A stretch of 64,000 bases of DNA from NCBI GenBank assembly GCA_963789265.1, contig CAWBKB010000001.1, forward strand, positions 160,001 through 224,000, in the 5' to 3' direction. Below the pieces are notes generated by a model. That model was not told the origin of the DNA and ran no database searches. It saw only the letters and a program-made list of their open reading frames with translations. The translations under genes were made by a program, and so were the position numbers. The stretch comes from an uncultured delta proteobacterium (lineage in GTDB: Bacteria > Desulfobacterota > Desulfomonilia > Desulfomonilales > Desulfomonilaceae). Shown one piece after another: positions 1 through 10,658 of the stretch (position 1 is the stretch's first letter; every line of letters starts with the position of its first letter).

Positions 1-350
1 GACCCGCCGGAAAATGTGACTCGTGCGCATTTTTGATATCAATTCGCGTAGCTAGAAAGCTACAACAAAACATGAAAACGTCAGTAGGACCGGCATCTTG
101 CCGGTCGGTAACAAGGCGTTTTCATAGGAATTCGCGTTCGAAGTCGAAATGAAATCCCCTCTAATCCTCCTTTATAAAGGGGGGAAGGGGGGATAGGCGC
201 TGAAATAGGCTCCAAGTCCTCTTCGTCCCGGAGGGACATCCTGATATTAGCCCGGCGATTTATCGCCGGGAATGAACCGCCGGGAGACTTTTCTTCGTCC
301 CCGAGCGGCGCTTGAAGAAAAAGTTCGCGGCACAAGATGCAAAGATGCCG

Positions 351-458
351 GTAGGATGCTGGTGAGCCCGCGCTCTGCGCGGGAGAACCGCATCAATCGA
401 GAAAAAACGCAAACGATGCGGTTCGTCCCGCGTGCCGTGGGACTCACCAGCATCCTAC
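351..458. repeat. GTAG-type REP doublet (REPIN-like inverted repeat)
   Basis: gtaggatgctggtgag...ctcaccagcatcctac inverted arms with internal hairpins. Confidence 0.7.
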
Positions 459-482
459 GCCGATACTCCATTATGATTTCTT

Positions 483-663
483 GACCACAGAGACACCGTG
501 TTCCTGGTAGGGGCGGACCCGTGTGTCCGCCTGGGGCAGACACATGGGTCTGCCCCTACAATTGGTTCCCCTGTATGGGGGCATGACGGCATGTACGGCG
601 TGGGTTTCAAACCCGCGCCGTACCGTCACGATTTTCTCCGTGCTTCTCCGTGTCTCTGTGGTT
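483..663. repeat. Composite palindromic element downstream of CHAT gene 1 (accacagagacac...gtgtctctgtggt arms enclosing a GTAG REP)
   Basis: The same arms recur at about 4093-4245, 10570-10642, 19613-19753 and 24617-24690. The inner REP gtaggggcggaccc...ctgcccctac recurs at 57015-57067. Confidence 0.7.
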
Positions 664-677
664 AATTCTTCTTTCTG

Positions 678-3600
678 TCAGTTCACTTCCCCCACCAAAA
701 TAAAAGGAGCCCAGTAAAACGGATGGTCGTAACCTGCCTTCCGGATCTCGTCTCGGGCAAGTCTCAGCGCTTCGAGTTTATTCTTCCCTTCCTTGAGATG
801 CTTGAAGAAGCTTTCCACGAGATTGACGGAAGCTGTTTCGGAAACGCTCCACAGGCTCATCAAGACACTTTTTGCGCCTGTGTACTGAAATGCCCGGCCC
901 ATTCCCATCGTGCCTTCACCTGAGATGCGTCGCCCGAGACCTGTCTGACATGCGGTCAGCGCGGCTATGTCCGCGTTGATCTTCAAGCCCATGACTTCAC
1001 TCAATCTCAGGAAACCATCCTGGCCCTTGGGCTCACCGACAAGGCTGAGTACCAGGACAGGCTCTTGTATTCCGGGTAAGTCTTTCCCAAAATATCCGTG
1101 GGTGGCAAATACGAGAGAGCGATACGAAGTGAGGTCTTTCCCGAGAAGGACCGACTTTTTGGCGGTCATGCCTTCATACAGGTCGGTCTTAGAAGGGTCC
1201 GATTTTTTCAAGGCCTTACCGAGTTCATCGGTGAGCGGAAGCCTGGGAAAAGTTAGGCCGCTCTCTGTTTCTATAGACATGGTCAAATCTTTCGGAAGCG
1301 TAGCCAAAAGCCTGTCCTTCTCCTGTTTGGCAAGTTTCACCAGACGCGGATCGTCACTTGAAAAGACAGGATCAACCATTGCTAATAGTTTCTGTCCGGG
1401 CTTCTGCTGCTTCCCGAGGGTTTCTTGCCAGAGTCAGGGCCGTAATTGACTGATAGTAAGAAATCGGATTGCGATCACCGAAGAATTCAGCACCGGAAGT
1501 TTGAGGTCTTTTATTGTCTTTTATGAACTTTCCGCCATCGTTGAAGACAAGCATCTCGAACGGCACGACTCCAAGGGAACCATCAGGGACAATGATAACC
1601 GGAGTATTCTTGGGCAGGTCAGGGAGGATGTCGGAAAGAAGAATGTCTGAAAGTTTCTTGCCGGATTTGAAGTCAAATTGACTGAGTTTCTTTGCGAGAG
1701 AATCATCAGGTCCCAGTTCCATAGGCTGGCGGAATTTTCTGACCAGTTCGTCAATCTCTTTTCTCGGAGTGGGTTTGAAAAGTCCTTTTACGAGATTCTT
1801 GCCTTTCGTGAGGTAAATTATGATTCCCGGATCGGTAACATGATAAGCCAACACCCATTCATTATCTTTCAGGGCGGATTGATCCAAACTCATCGGTTGA
1901 GGATACTTGGTTGCAGCGAAGAGCGGATACTGCTTGCGGAGCATATCCACATGAGCAGTCAGTTTCTGTTTGGCTTCCTTCACCTGAGGTTCAAGGACGG
2001 CTATCACTTCCTTGTTTTGCTTCTGATAAGCCTTCTGGAGATTTTTTGTCAGCGCGGCCAACTCATTCGTGAGTTGAGAGTCCTTGTCACGAATATCCTT
2101 TGGAACATCCGCACCAGCATACTCGCTCCTTTTGGATATGGATTCAGCAAAGATTCTGGCTCTGGTGTACTCGGACTCTTTGATTGCCTCCACGGGGCGG
2201 TTCATCTTTGCAAGTACGTGGGCAAGCCCCTCGTACGGCGCTGTCCGGTAAAATCCACCTATTCTCACATCAAAGAAAGTTTCGTGCTCCGTGGGGTTGA
2301 GGCTTGATCTGAGTTCCTCAGTGTATTCTATAGCCTTTCGGTAATATTCCATTGCATGGGGATTATCACCCATGCCTTCATAAGACATGCCTAGACCATT
2401 GTATGCGGTGAAAAGGTCGTCGGCATTTCTGTTTTGCTCGGCACTTTTCAGAAGGCTCTCATAGGAGTTCTTGGCTGACGGATAATCGGCTTTAACGAGG
2501 TATAGTCTACCAATAGAACTGGGGTAGTTTGCCTCTTTGATGAACGATTCGGCTCTTCCAATCTCACCCTTGTCGAGGTAGAGGTTCCCAATCGAATCTT
2601 TGGGCCATCCTGGGGAGACCCCGATCTTCTGGTAGATTTCCAGCGCCTTTTGAAAACCCGCCAAAGCCTTGTCGTACTCGCCTTGGCTGCGATAGACTTC
2701 TCCCAGATTGGTGAGAGTCACCCCTTCTCCCCTCACGTTCCCGATCTTCCTGCAAATTGCCAGGTCTTTCTCGTAAAACTCCACTGCCTTGGTATACTGA
2801 CCCAACTCCTTATATACGAGCCCCAGACCGCCCAGGCTATTCCCTTCACCATCCACATTTCCCATCTTTATCTTGATCTCCAGAGACTTCTCGTAATACT
2901 CTATTGCCTTCGTGTACTGGCCCCACCTCAGATACACATTCCCCAGGTTGTTCAGGGAGCCTCCTTCGCCCTTAAGGTCCCGGAGCTTCTGGGAGATGGC
3001 AAGGGACTTCTCGTGATACTCCGCCGCCTTCGCATACCGGCCCCAGTCCTCATTCACATTCCCCAGATTCATCAGGGCATCGGCTTCGGTACTCTGATCA
3101 CCGATCTTGCGTGCAATTTCCCGGGACTTCTCGTGATACTCCACCGCCTTCGCATACTGGCCCCAGTCATCGGTACACGACGCCCAGGGCGTTCAGGGAG
3201 ATTCCTTCGTCCTTGCGGTCCCCGAGTTTCCGGAAGATGGCAAGGGACTTCTCTTGATACTCCGCTGCCTTCGCATACTGGCCCAAGTCCCTATACACTA
3301 GCCCCAGGTTGCCCAGTGCATGCCCTTCTCCCCTCACGTTCCCGATCTTCCTGCAGATTGCCCGGGACTTCTCGTAGAATTCCATTGCCTTGGAATTCTG
3401 GCCCCAATTCCAATATACGAGGCCCAGGTTGTTCAGAGCATTCCCTTCACCCTTTACGTCTCCGATCTTTCTCTTGATCGGGAGAGACTTCTCGTAGAAT
3501 TTCACCGCCTTGGAATACCGACCCCAATAGTAATAAACGGTCCCAAGGTTGTTCAAAGCATTCCCTTTGGCCAGGACGTCCCCTGTCTTTCTCGATATCT

Positions 3601-4027
3601 CCAGAGACTTCTCTAAGCATTCCACTGCCTTAGGATACTCACCCAAAGCCTTATATACGATCCCCAGGTTGCCTAGCGTTTGTCCTTCACCCTTTACGTC
3701 TCCGATCTTTCTCTTGATCCCAAGAGACTTCGTGTAGAATTCCACTGCCTTGGTATACTGACCCCTAGCCGCGTAGATCAACCCTACACTGGTGCAAGCT
3801 AATCCGAGATTCTTTCGTTCCTTGACCCTCTGGTAGATGGCTATGGCCTGGAGGAATTTCTGCTCCGCCTTTTTCAGGTCTGCGTTGGATCGGGCTTTTT
3901 GTTGCAGAGCATACGCTTCCTTGTGGAGGCGTATCGCATCCTGCCTGGACTGGGCCATCAGCGGCGATGAAACAAGAATACAAAGTGCGGCTATTATTGC
4001 CGGGACAAGAAAGATTCGCTTGAACAT
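678..4027 (-). CDS. Exported TPR-CHAT protease 1 (signal peptide, about 10 40-aa TPR repeats, CHAT domain); two apparent +1 frameshifts near 3170 and 1420
   Basis: ORFs 3167-4027, 1372-3144 and 678-1379 join colinearly with intact paralog 10659-13286. FATHG and LTACQTG catalytic motifs, HPFYWAPFILVG terminus, AGGAG RBS. Confidence 0.9.
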
Positions 4028-4056
4028 GGCAGACTCCTAACGAATCAAAAGAAATT

Positions 4057-4092
4057 TCAGTTCACTTCCCCGACCAGAATATACGGAGCCCA
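4057..4092 (-). pseudogene. Orphan last 11 codons of a CHAT gene (WAPYILVGEVN*)
   Basis: Translation of the reverse complement matches the CHAT C-terminal motif. Confidence 0.75.
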
Positions 4093-4245
4093 TTTTTTCA
4101 CCACAGAGACACTGAGGACACAGAGGCCCTACGCGGGCGGCGAATATTTTCTTCGAGTGACCTTCTCAATTTCTACGGGCCTCCATGCTAATTACAGTCA
4201 TGGCCGTGCGCCGAGCACCTCAGTGATCTCCGTGTCTCTGTGGTT
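4093..4245. repeat. About 150-bp palindromic-ended repeat, copy 1
   Basis: Similar over its length to 19613-19753; both copies follow ggagccc. Confidence 0.75.
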
Positions 4246-4260
4246 ATTTTCGTCTTTCTA

Positions 4261-4557
4261 TCACTTCACTTCCCTCACCAATATGAACTGGAGCCCAGTA
4301 AAACGGATGATCGTAGCCCGCCTTTCTTACTTCATCCCGGCCCAACTTTAATGCCTCCAGTTTGTTCTTCCCTTCCTTGAGATGCTTGAAGAAGCTTTCC
4401 ACAAGATTGACGGAAGCTGTTTCGGGAACGCTCCAAAGGCTCATCAATACACTTTTCGCGCCTGCGTACTGGAAGGCTCGGTCCATTCCCATAGTGCCTT
4501 AACCGGAGATGCGACGAAAACCAACAACAATGCTACCAAAACAGCTTGCTTGCTCAT
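4261..4557 (-). pseudogene. Deleted CHAT gene remnant (signal-peptide-like start joined to the last ~85 CHAT codons, with stop and frameshifts)
   Basis: RRISG*GTMGMDRAFQYAGAKSVLMSLWSV...YDHPFYWAP; catalytic His/Cys region absent. Confidence 0.8.
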
Positions 4558-4586
4558 CCTGGTCACCCCTTGAGAAAATTTGTAGT

Positions 4587-4790
4587 AATACCAATGCGCC
4601 ATCAAACAAGTGACAATCTTAGACAGGATATAGTGGGGCAGGCATCCTGCCTGCCATTCGTCACCCCGGACTTCGATCCGGGGTCCAGTCTGGATGCCCG
4701 TGTACGCGGGCATGACGACAGGCAATCACGCCCGGGCGTGACTGTCCCACTAAAAGCACAGTGTCACTTGTTTGAAAGCGAATCGGCATA
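4587..4790. mobile_element. MITE-like element with TIR core tcaaacaagtgaca, copy 1
   Basis: Imperfect ~29-bp terminal inverted repeats; expanded second copy at 56915-57354. Confidence 0.7.
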
Positions 4791-4891
4791 AATCGGCATG
4801 GCTCTTACGAGCAATTTGGACTTATTTTGCCCATCCTATTCGAGAATCATTCAAGCGCACTGTTATGCGCCATAGTTGGCCCTTTGAAGCC

Positions 4892-6538
4892 CTATCGGCC
4901 CTTGTGCCAAAACCAGACGGAGTGAGCCACGTCCAATTTGGCTGATTCAATGGCGTTGGACCACTCTTCGAAAGACCGTGTCTTGCGGTCACCACTGGTA
5001 AGCTTGGCCTTTCTCACTATGGCCTTTGAAATTCCCATAATTTCGTCCAGAGTACTACGAGTTTCCTGGGTTACTTCTGCACCTGCGTTCTGATCCCCTC
5101 CATGTTGTTTGATGTCTTTGGCCTCTTTTTCCAGATCTTCGAGCACAGCATTCTTGCTTCGAGACGCCACCACGTAGATTTTTTCTTTGCCTTCAGTATT
5201 ATCAAGCCTGGCCCATGCATCTTTCGCAGGTATCCAGTAAATCTTGCCCCCTTTCAACGGATTCTCCAACCTGTTTTCAGGTGTGAGAAACTCCGTCCCG
5301 GGAAACAACCTAGCGATATTCCCATGTGTGTCGATCTGGTACACGTAAACATAGCTGGTGGTATGGGGCCGGAAACCTATCTGGAAGTTCTGTTGGGAAT
5401 ACAACACAGAACCGTTGGTTATGGTGACGTCGCCGCAGAGAGGATCATTGCATTCTGCTACGCCTTCCGGGGGATTCAAACAAACGGCGTTGGTACACCT
5501 GGGGTCTTGGGCGACAAACCAAACATCCAGTTTGAGAGTGTCGTCCAGGTGCTCAAGGACCGATACGGGAAACTTGCCGCTCACGGCCCCTTCTATCTGA
5601 GGATGCTGCGCGCCCTCGGTTTCGTCCTTTGTCCGCTCATAAACATAATCGTAGATGTTTTGCAGAGTAATGACGCCGGTTCTCTGGATATCCGCTTCGC
5701 CTTTCAATCCCTTCAAGAGATAATAGGTGAAAACGCTATTCGAGAGATTAGGTTTTTCCTGGGAGTATTCGTCTGGTTTACTGGAGCTGAGAATCACCCT
5801 TCCGGTAGCGTCTTTGAACATTTTCATAAATGTTTCCATAGGGTCTTCCAGGGATTTCGTCAGTATTCTGGAGGCGCCGCCTGCGTGGCACGCATCCACA
5901 ATGAGCACGAGCCGCTTGGAATCCACACGGTCGAAGAACTTCAGGCCCGCCATGCTCACCGCGGTAGCGGCCAGATACTTGGGATCGGAATCATAGGTCA
6001 GGAAATAGAACGAGCCCGGTTCTCCCGGATCGGATCCTCCGTGACCGCTGAAAAAAAGAATCACCGAATCGTCCTTCCCAGCCTTCCGCAGATCGCCGTA
6101 AAGATATTTCTCGACTGCTTGTTTGGTGGCTTCGCGGTCGGTTAATATCCTCACGTGAATATTTTTGAAGACTTCTCGCTGGGTTTCAATGAATTGTGCG
6201 AAATCCTTGGCATCTTTCGAGGAGAGGTGGAGTTTTCGTATCGAAGGATCGGAATAGTCGGAAACGCCTACAGCGAGAGCATAAAGATCGCCTTGTCCAA
6301 GGGCCTGTCGAGCCTTGAGCCGCTGTACCACGTGGGATCGCCTGATGGCTTTTGTTCCTGCGTCATCTCCAATGGCAATTCCTTGAAAAGACGTTGCCAG
6401 AAGGGCAACCAAGGCTACGCGAAGGCATGACTGCAGGAGCGGCGTCACCATTGCCCAAAAGTGTAACTGCAATTCGATTGCCTTACTTTGATTCATAATC
6501 CGCGCACCGGCGATCTTTATTCTCTCACTGCTTCTCAT
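4892..6538 (-). CDS. Exported caspase-family (peptidase C14) protein with C-terminal DUF4384-like domain
   Basis: ALAVGVSDY, FFSGHG, IVDACHAG, QHP motifs; YVYVYQIDTHGNIARLFP DUF4384 signature; hydrophobic N-terminus. Confidence 0.88.
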   Translation of the reverse strand: MRSSERIKIAGARIMNQSKAIELQLHFWAMVTPLLQSCLRVALVALLATSFQGIAIGDDAGTKAIRRSHVVQRLKARQALGQGDLYALAVGVSDYSDPSIRKLHLSSKDAKDFAQFIETQREVFKNIHVRILTDREATKQAVEKYLYGDLRKAGKDDSVILFFSGHGGSDPGEPGSFYFLTYDSDPKYLAATAVSMAGLKFFDRVDSKRLVLIVDACHAGGASRILTKSLEDPMETFMKMFKDATGRVILSSSKPDEYSQEKPNLSNSVFTYYLLKGLKGEADIQRTGVITLQNIYDYVYERTKDETEGAQHPQIEGAVSGKFPVSVLEHLDDTLKLDVWFVAQDPRCTNAVCLNPPEGVAECNDPLCGDVTITNGSVLYSQQNFQIGFRPHTTSYVYVYQIDTHGNIARLFPGTEFLTPENRLENPLKGGKIYWIPAKDAWARLDNTEGKEKIYVVASRSKNAVLEDLEKEAKDIKQHGGDQNAGAEVTQETRSTLDEIMGISKAIVRKAKLTSGDRKTRSFEEWSNAIESAKLDVAHSVWFWHKGR

Positions 6539-6634
6539 TTTTCTTCCATTCGTTCACGCATTTCAGCTCTTAACGATTCCCGGAGACTGCTGCATCTTGT
6601 TTTGCAATTGCGCGAGCCGTCGGTCTCCTTCATT

Positions 6635-7672
6635 TCAAGAAGATTCCGCTTCAAGCAACAACTCAGCGCCGATTCCGGTTATCCGCGATGGGATTGCGGA
6701 CAACGGCAGCCCCGTCTGAGAAATACTTCCTCGCTGCTCTTTCCCGGCCCGTTTGTAAAGCCTCCCCACTAGAGTGTAACCGCTCTTCGAAGGCAAGATC
6801 TCGAAGATGAGAACATAATTCGCGCCGGTCTTCCCTGCCGCAACTTCTGCTACCGCTGCGCTGTTTTGCGGTAGAGTTTGATCTTTCAGGGAAACCTTCA
6901 ACTTTCCGGGAGAAATGAAATTATAGAATCCTCCCAGCTTGGATGCCAGCGCAATGTCGGCATATATTTTGTCAATCTCTTCCGAGGATAATTTTATGTC
7001 TCGGGGAAGTAGAATAATTAATGCAACCTTCTGTTTAGCGACAAGAGAAGACTTGGGCGCAGTACCTTTGGAAGCCAAAGAAGCTACCTGCCAGGAGACG
7101 CTGCTGAACGCAGGGCTCAAAACAAGGCCTTCCGGTTTGTATGGGAGGACAAGCAAGAGAAGCAGGGCAGCCACGGCCGCGCCGAGGGCCAAAGAAGGGA
7201 AGTGGAAGAACTCAGTGAGTGCGCTCAAGAGATCCCGGATTGTCCGGAGATTCGGTCGACGGGCTTGACCGTACTCCTGCCGCACTGCTGCATGTATCAA
7301 TTCTCCGGTCCGGCGAGGGACAGGGGTTTTAGAAGAGTCAAGATTCTCCTTTTTTAGCTCTCTGATCAGAGAAACTTGTTCCGCGCAATCCGCACACAGC
7401 TCTATGTGATTCCCCACATTCCGCAGAACCTTTTCACCCGTCGCGAAATTGAAAAGCATTTCGGGATCCGGACAAGGTCTGACCGCCTCGGCCAATTGCT
7501 CTTTCTGTTCTTTAATGACGCTCTCCAGTTGTCTCAAATCCGCAAGTTCATGCCTGCAAGAAGAGCATTGCTTCGCGTGTTCCTCGATTTCGGAGGCTTC
7601 CTCGGGGAACTCCGCGGGCGATAGGGCCATCATGAGCCGTTCGGATATGTCGGGTCTTTGGCAAGGTGTCAT
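6635..7672 (-). CDS. Putative anti-sigma factor (two zf-HC2-like HxxxCxxC motifs, one TM helix, periplasmic domain)
   Basis: HAKQCSSC and HIELCADC motifs, TM LALGAAVAALLLLLVLP, directly downstream of the ECF sigma gene. Confidence 0.8.
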   Translation of the reverse strand: MTPCQRPDISERLMMALSPAEFPEEASEIEEHAKQCSSCRHELADLRQLESVIKEQKEQLAEAVRPCPDPEMLFNFATGEKVLRNVGNHIELCADCAEQVSLIRELKKENLDSSKTPVPRRTGELIHAAVRQEYGQARRPNLRTIRDLLSALTEFFHFPSLALGAAVAALLLLLVLPYKPEGLVLSPAFSSVSWQVASLASKGTAPKSSLVAKQKVALIILLPRDIKLSSEEIDKIYADIALASKLGGFYNFISPGKLKVSLKDQTLPQNSAAVAEVAAGKTGANYVLIFEILPSKSGYTLVGRLYKRAGKEQRGSISQTGLPLSAIPSRITGIGAELLLEAESS

Positions 7673-7673
7673 C

Positions 7674-8294
7674 TCAGGTCTCCTCTCTCAGGATCCCGAG
7701 AAGGCGGACAAGACATCTTTTCAGTTGAACCACAAGCGTGTTTGTCTTCACGCCCGTCCTATCGGCAATTTCTTGGAAAGAGATGTCGGAAAAATACCGC
7801 GCCTCGATCAGTTCTTTGCAACGTTTTTCCAGCTTGAACAAAGCCCTTTTCAATGAACCGAGCTCTTCCTGCTCCAGCAGCAGGTCTTCCTGGCTTTTGC
7901 CCGGATTAACACAAATGTGCGCCCCGTGGCCATCCGTTTGTGACTCGATCGGGTCCAAGGCAACCTGAGCTGAGAGTGTCTTCCGTTTGACTGCGGTCTT
8001 CTTCCGGAGCTGGGCAATGCACGTGTTGACCGCCACCTTGTATACGAAGGTGCCAAGATTGCTCTTGAATTTGAAGGTTCTCAAAGACCTGACGATCTCC
8101 GTCATGATCTCTTGGCACACATCTTCGACTTCTTGAGGGTCAAACCTCCATTTTTTCCACCCGGCCACGGACAATACCGTGCCATAATGGCCTTCAAGGA
8201 AATCATCCCAGGCCGTCCGGTCACCGGTGAGACATCCGGCTACGAGGGACCTCTCACGTTCAGCCGGACTGCCGGCCTCAGCCGAGTGCGCCAT
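7674..8294 (-). CDS. ECF-type RNA polymerase sigma-70 factor
   Basis: EVEDVCQEI region 2, TFVYKVAVNTCI, region 4 SFQEIADRTGVKTNTL; start set at the ATG after the upstream stop. Confidence 0.9.
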   Translation of the reverse strand: MAHSAEAGSPAERERSLVAGCLTGDRTAWDDFLEGHYGTVLSVAGWKKWRFDPQEVEDVCQEIMTEIVRSLRTFKFKSNLGTFVYKVAVNTCIAQLRKKTAVKRKTLSAQVALDPIESQTDGHGAHICVNPGKSQEDLLLEQEELGSLKRALFKLEKRCKELIEARYFSDISFQEIADRTGVKTNTLVVQLKRCLVRLLGILREET

Positions 8295-8301
8295 ATCGCG
8301 T

Positions 8302-9348
8302 CTATTTCGAAAGCTTAAATTCAACTCTTCTGTTCTCCGCCCATCCATCTTCGTTATTCTTTGGGGAATACGGTTTATCAGGCCCAAAGCCCTTGGTCGA
8401 TAGTCGGACCGGGTCTATTTTAAAGTTGGTCACCAGGTAGTTCTTTATTGCTTCGGCTCTTTGGGTGGATAGCAACATGTTCTTTCCGTACTGCCCTCTG
8501 TTGTCAGTGTGCCCCTCTATTGATACCGACAGCGTGGGCCGCTCGGCAAGCTCATTTTGCAGAGCTTTTCCGAATTCCCGAAGTTCTGGCAGCGATTCTT
8601 CTTTTATGGCGTACGACCATTCATCAAATAGAATTCTGTTGGTCTGAATGCTGTTTGGGGGTTGGATCTTTCGTATCCATTTCTTTTGTAGTCCCATTTG
8701 CCTTTCTTTACTCAACCGAGCAAAGACATTCTTGGATAAAGGCTTTGCCTCTTGATACGAGGCCGAGTGACGTTGAGCTTCTTGCAACGCCTGCCTCACA
8801 CCAGGGTCGTCCTTTGCGGCCAGTGCCTTCTTGTAGGCGTCCGCGGCCATGCCGAACTGCGCTTGATTGAAAAATAGATCACCCAGGAGCGAATAATAGT
8901 GGGCCCCTTTTTCAGGGCACAATCGCAGAATGGTTTGAACAAAAAGTATCTTGTCTTCCGCCAACATCTGCTTCTCCATGCCTTTTCTCAGCGATCCCAT
9001 GACCTTCTCGGAACAGTTAGTCCCTGGAGTAGTGAGGAGAAGTCCGTCGGTCAGTTTCTCCATCAAAAGACCGTACGCCGCCTTCTTGTCGGGTGGCGCC
9101 ATTCGGTGCTTTTGCTGTAGGACGGCCAGGCACCGCTCAGCTATGTTCCGATTCTGTCCCACAAGTTTGGACAGTGTTGTTTCGGAGGCATATTCATCTT
9201 TCAGCGTCTCGACAAGCTTTGCGTAAAACGAATTGATCGATTTAGCGGCATCCTGTGCCTTGAGATTCGGACAAGGGCTCAACAGAAGGAATGCCGAGAA
9301 AACAATGGCAAAGTGCTTAGCTTTCATGATACCGCACATGAGGCACAA
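8302..9348 (-). CDS. Exported TPR + OmpA-like peptidoglycan-binding protein
   Basis: IEGHTD, NMLLSTQRAEAIKNYL, ENRRVEF motifs; signal peptide. Confidence 0.88.
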   Translation of the reverse strand: MCLMCGIMKAKHFAIVFSAFLLLSPCPNLKAQDAAKSINSFYAKLVETLKDEYASETTLSKLVGQNRNIAERCLAVLQQKHRMAPPDKKAAYGLLMEKLTDGLLLTTPGTNCSEKVMGSLRKGMEKQMLAEDKILFVQTILRLCPEKGAHYYSLLGDLFFNQAQFGMAADAYKKALAAKDDPGVRQALQEAQRHSASYQEAKPLSKNVFARLSKERQMGLQKKWIRKIQPPNSIQTNRILFDEWSYAIKEESLPELREFGKALQNELAERPTLSVSIEGHTDNRGQYGKNMLLSTQRAEAIKNYLVTNFKIDPVRLSTKGFGPDKPYSPKNNEDGWAENRRVEFKLSK

Positions 9349-9363
9349 ATCTCCTCTGTTAGA

Positions 9364-10473
9364 TTAGCGCTCGCCTGCGCGCACGCTGAGAATCTCAACG
9401 CGTCTGTTGGCCCGTCTCCCTGCCGTAGTTCTGTTTGTGGTCCATGCGCGGGAATCACCGGCTCCTACCGTCGAGAGAAGGGAAGACGGCACTCCGCCTG
9501 TGGTGACCAGGTATTCCTTCACTGCCCGCGCACGTCTCAAGGAAAGAGACTGGTTATAATCCTTGGACCCCGTTGCGTCGGAATGGCCTTCAATGATGTA
9601 CCGCCCTGATCTAAGAGGATCACTTTTCAGGCTGACGGCGAGTTCGTCAAGCTGTCTTTTTGTCCTGGAGGAAAGAGCAGCCGATGAAATCGGGAACGTC
9701 ACTTCGTGCAGTCTCAGTCTCGACTGGAGCTTTGAGAATTGTGGACACATGCACATGAGATTCTCTTGTTCTGTCCCCAGTCGGTCCACAATTTCAGGAG
9801 AGAGCAAGAACTTTGGATTGTCTTGGGCAATCCGGCCTCCGGCCAGTTCGAGAAGTTTCTTTGCGTGTGTGCTTTGCGGATCTATCGCGAGGATCCTCTC
9901 GAAGTAGGGCAGACTTCGCCTATACAAACCGGCATTAAGGAAAGTTTCACCCAGCCCAAGAAGGGCTTCGGAGCCATTCCTTTCAATGTTGAGGGCTTTC
10001 TCATAATTCATCACCGCATCGTCGAATCTCCCCATTTTTCTGTTTATGTCTCCGAGATTGACGTAAGCGGCTCCGTGCGAAGGGCACAATTTGACTACCC
10101 GCGCAAATTTCTTGAGTTTTTCTTCCAGGACAAGGGCTTTCAGCCCTCTTTGATAAATCTTTTCAGCAAGGGAACAATTTTTTTTACCTTTTGCAAGACC
10201 TATTAGCTCTTCAAGCTCCTGAGCGACGATCGCGTACGTGTCAGTTTTCTGTCGGTCTTGCCCCCCCTGCATTTTCTTATGAATGACATCAAGGCATTTT
10301 ACAGCCAGATTGGGTTTTGCTCGAACCAGCGCCTCCAACTTGGAGGTTCGGTCATTCTTTAGCGCACTCAAGAAATCTTTGTAGAACTCGTTCACTCCGC
10401 CGGCATGAGCGTAGGTAGAACAGATCAATATATTAAGTACGATTATGATTGCCTGTTCGCTCTGCATCCTCAT
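9364..10473 (-). CDS. Exported TPR + OmpA-like peptidoglycan-binding protein (paralog)
   Basis: IEGHSD, NQSLSLRRARAVKEYL, ANRRVEI motifs; TPRs; signal peptide. Confidence 0.88.
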   Translation of the reverse strand: MRMQSEQAIIIVLNILICSTYAHAGGVNEFYKDFLSALKNDRTSKLEALVRAKPNLAVKCLDVIHKKMQGGQDRQKTDTYAIVAQELEELIGLAKGKKNCSLAEKIYQRGLKALVLEEKLKKFARVVKLCPSHGAAYVNLGDINRKMGRFDDAVMNYEKALNIERNGSEALLGLGETFLNAGLYRRSLPYFERILAIDPQSTHAKKLLELAGGRIAQDNPKFLLSPEIVDRLGTEQENLMCMCPQFSKLQSRLRLHEVTFPISSAALSSRTKRQLDELAVSLKSDPLRSGRYIIEGHSDATGSKDYNQSLSLRRARAVKEYLVTTGGVPSSLLSTVGAGDSRAWTTNRTTAGRRANRRVEILSVRAGER

Positions 10474-10658
10474 TTGGAACTTCCCTTCTCTTGAAGCCAA
10501 CGTACAGTATAGTCCCACTTACTATAGACATTAGTAGGAAATTGATCGCCATGTTGACAACAATCTGTACACCACAGAGGCACAGAGTTCACAGAGAAAA
10601 CCATTATTTTTCTTTCTCAGTGTCCTCTGTGTCTCTGTGGTTAATTCTTGTCTTCCTG

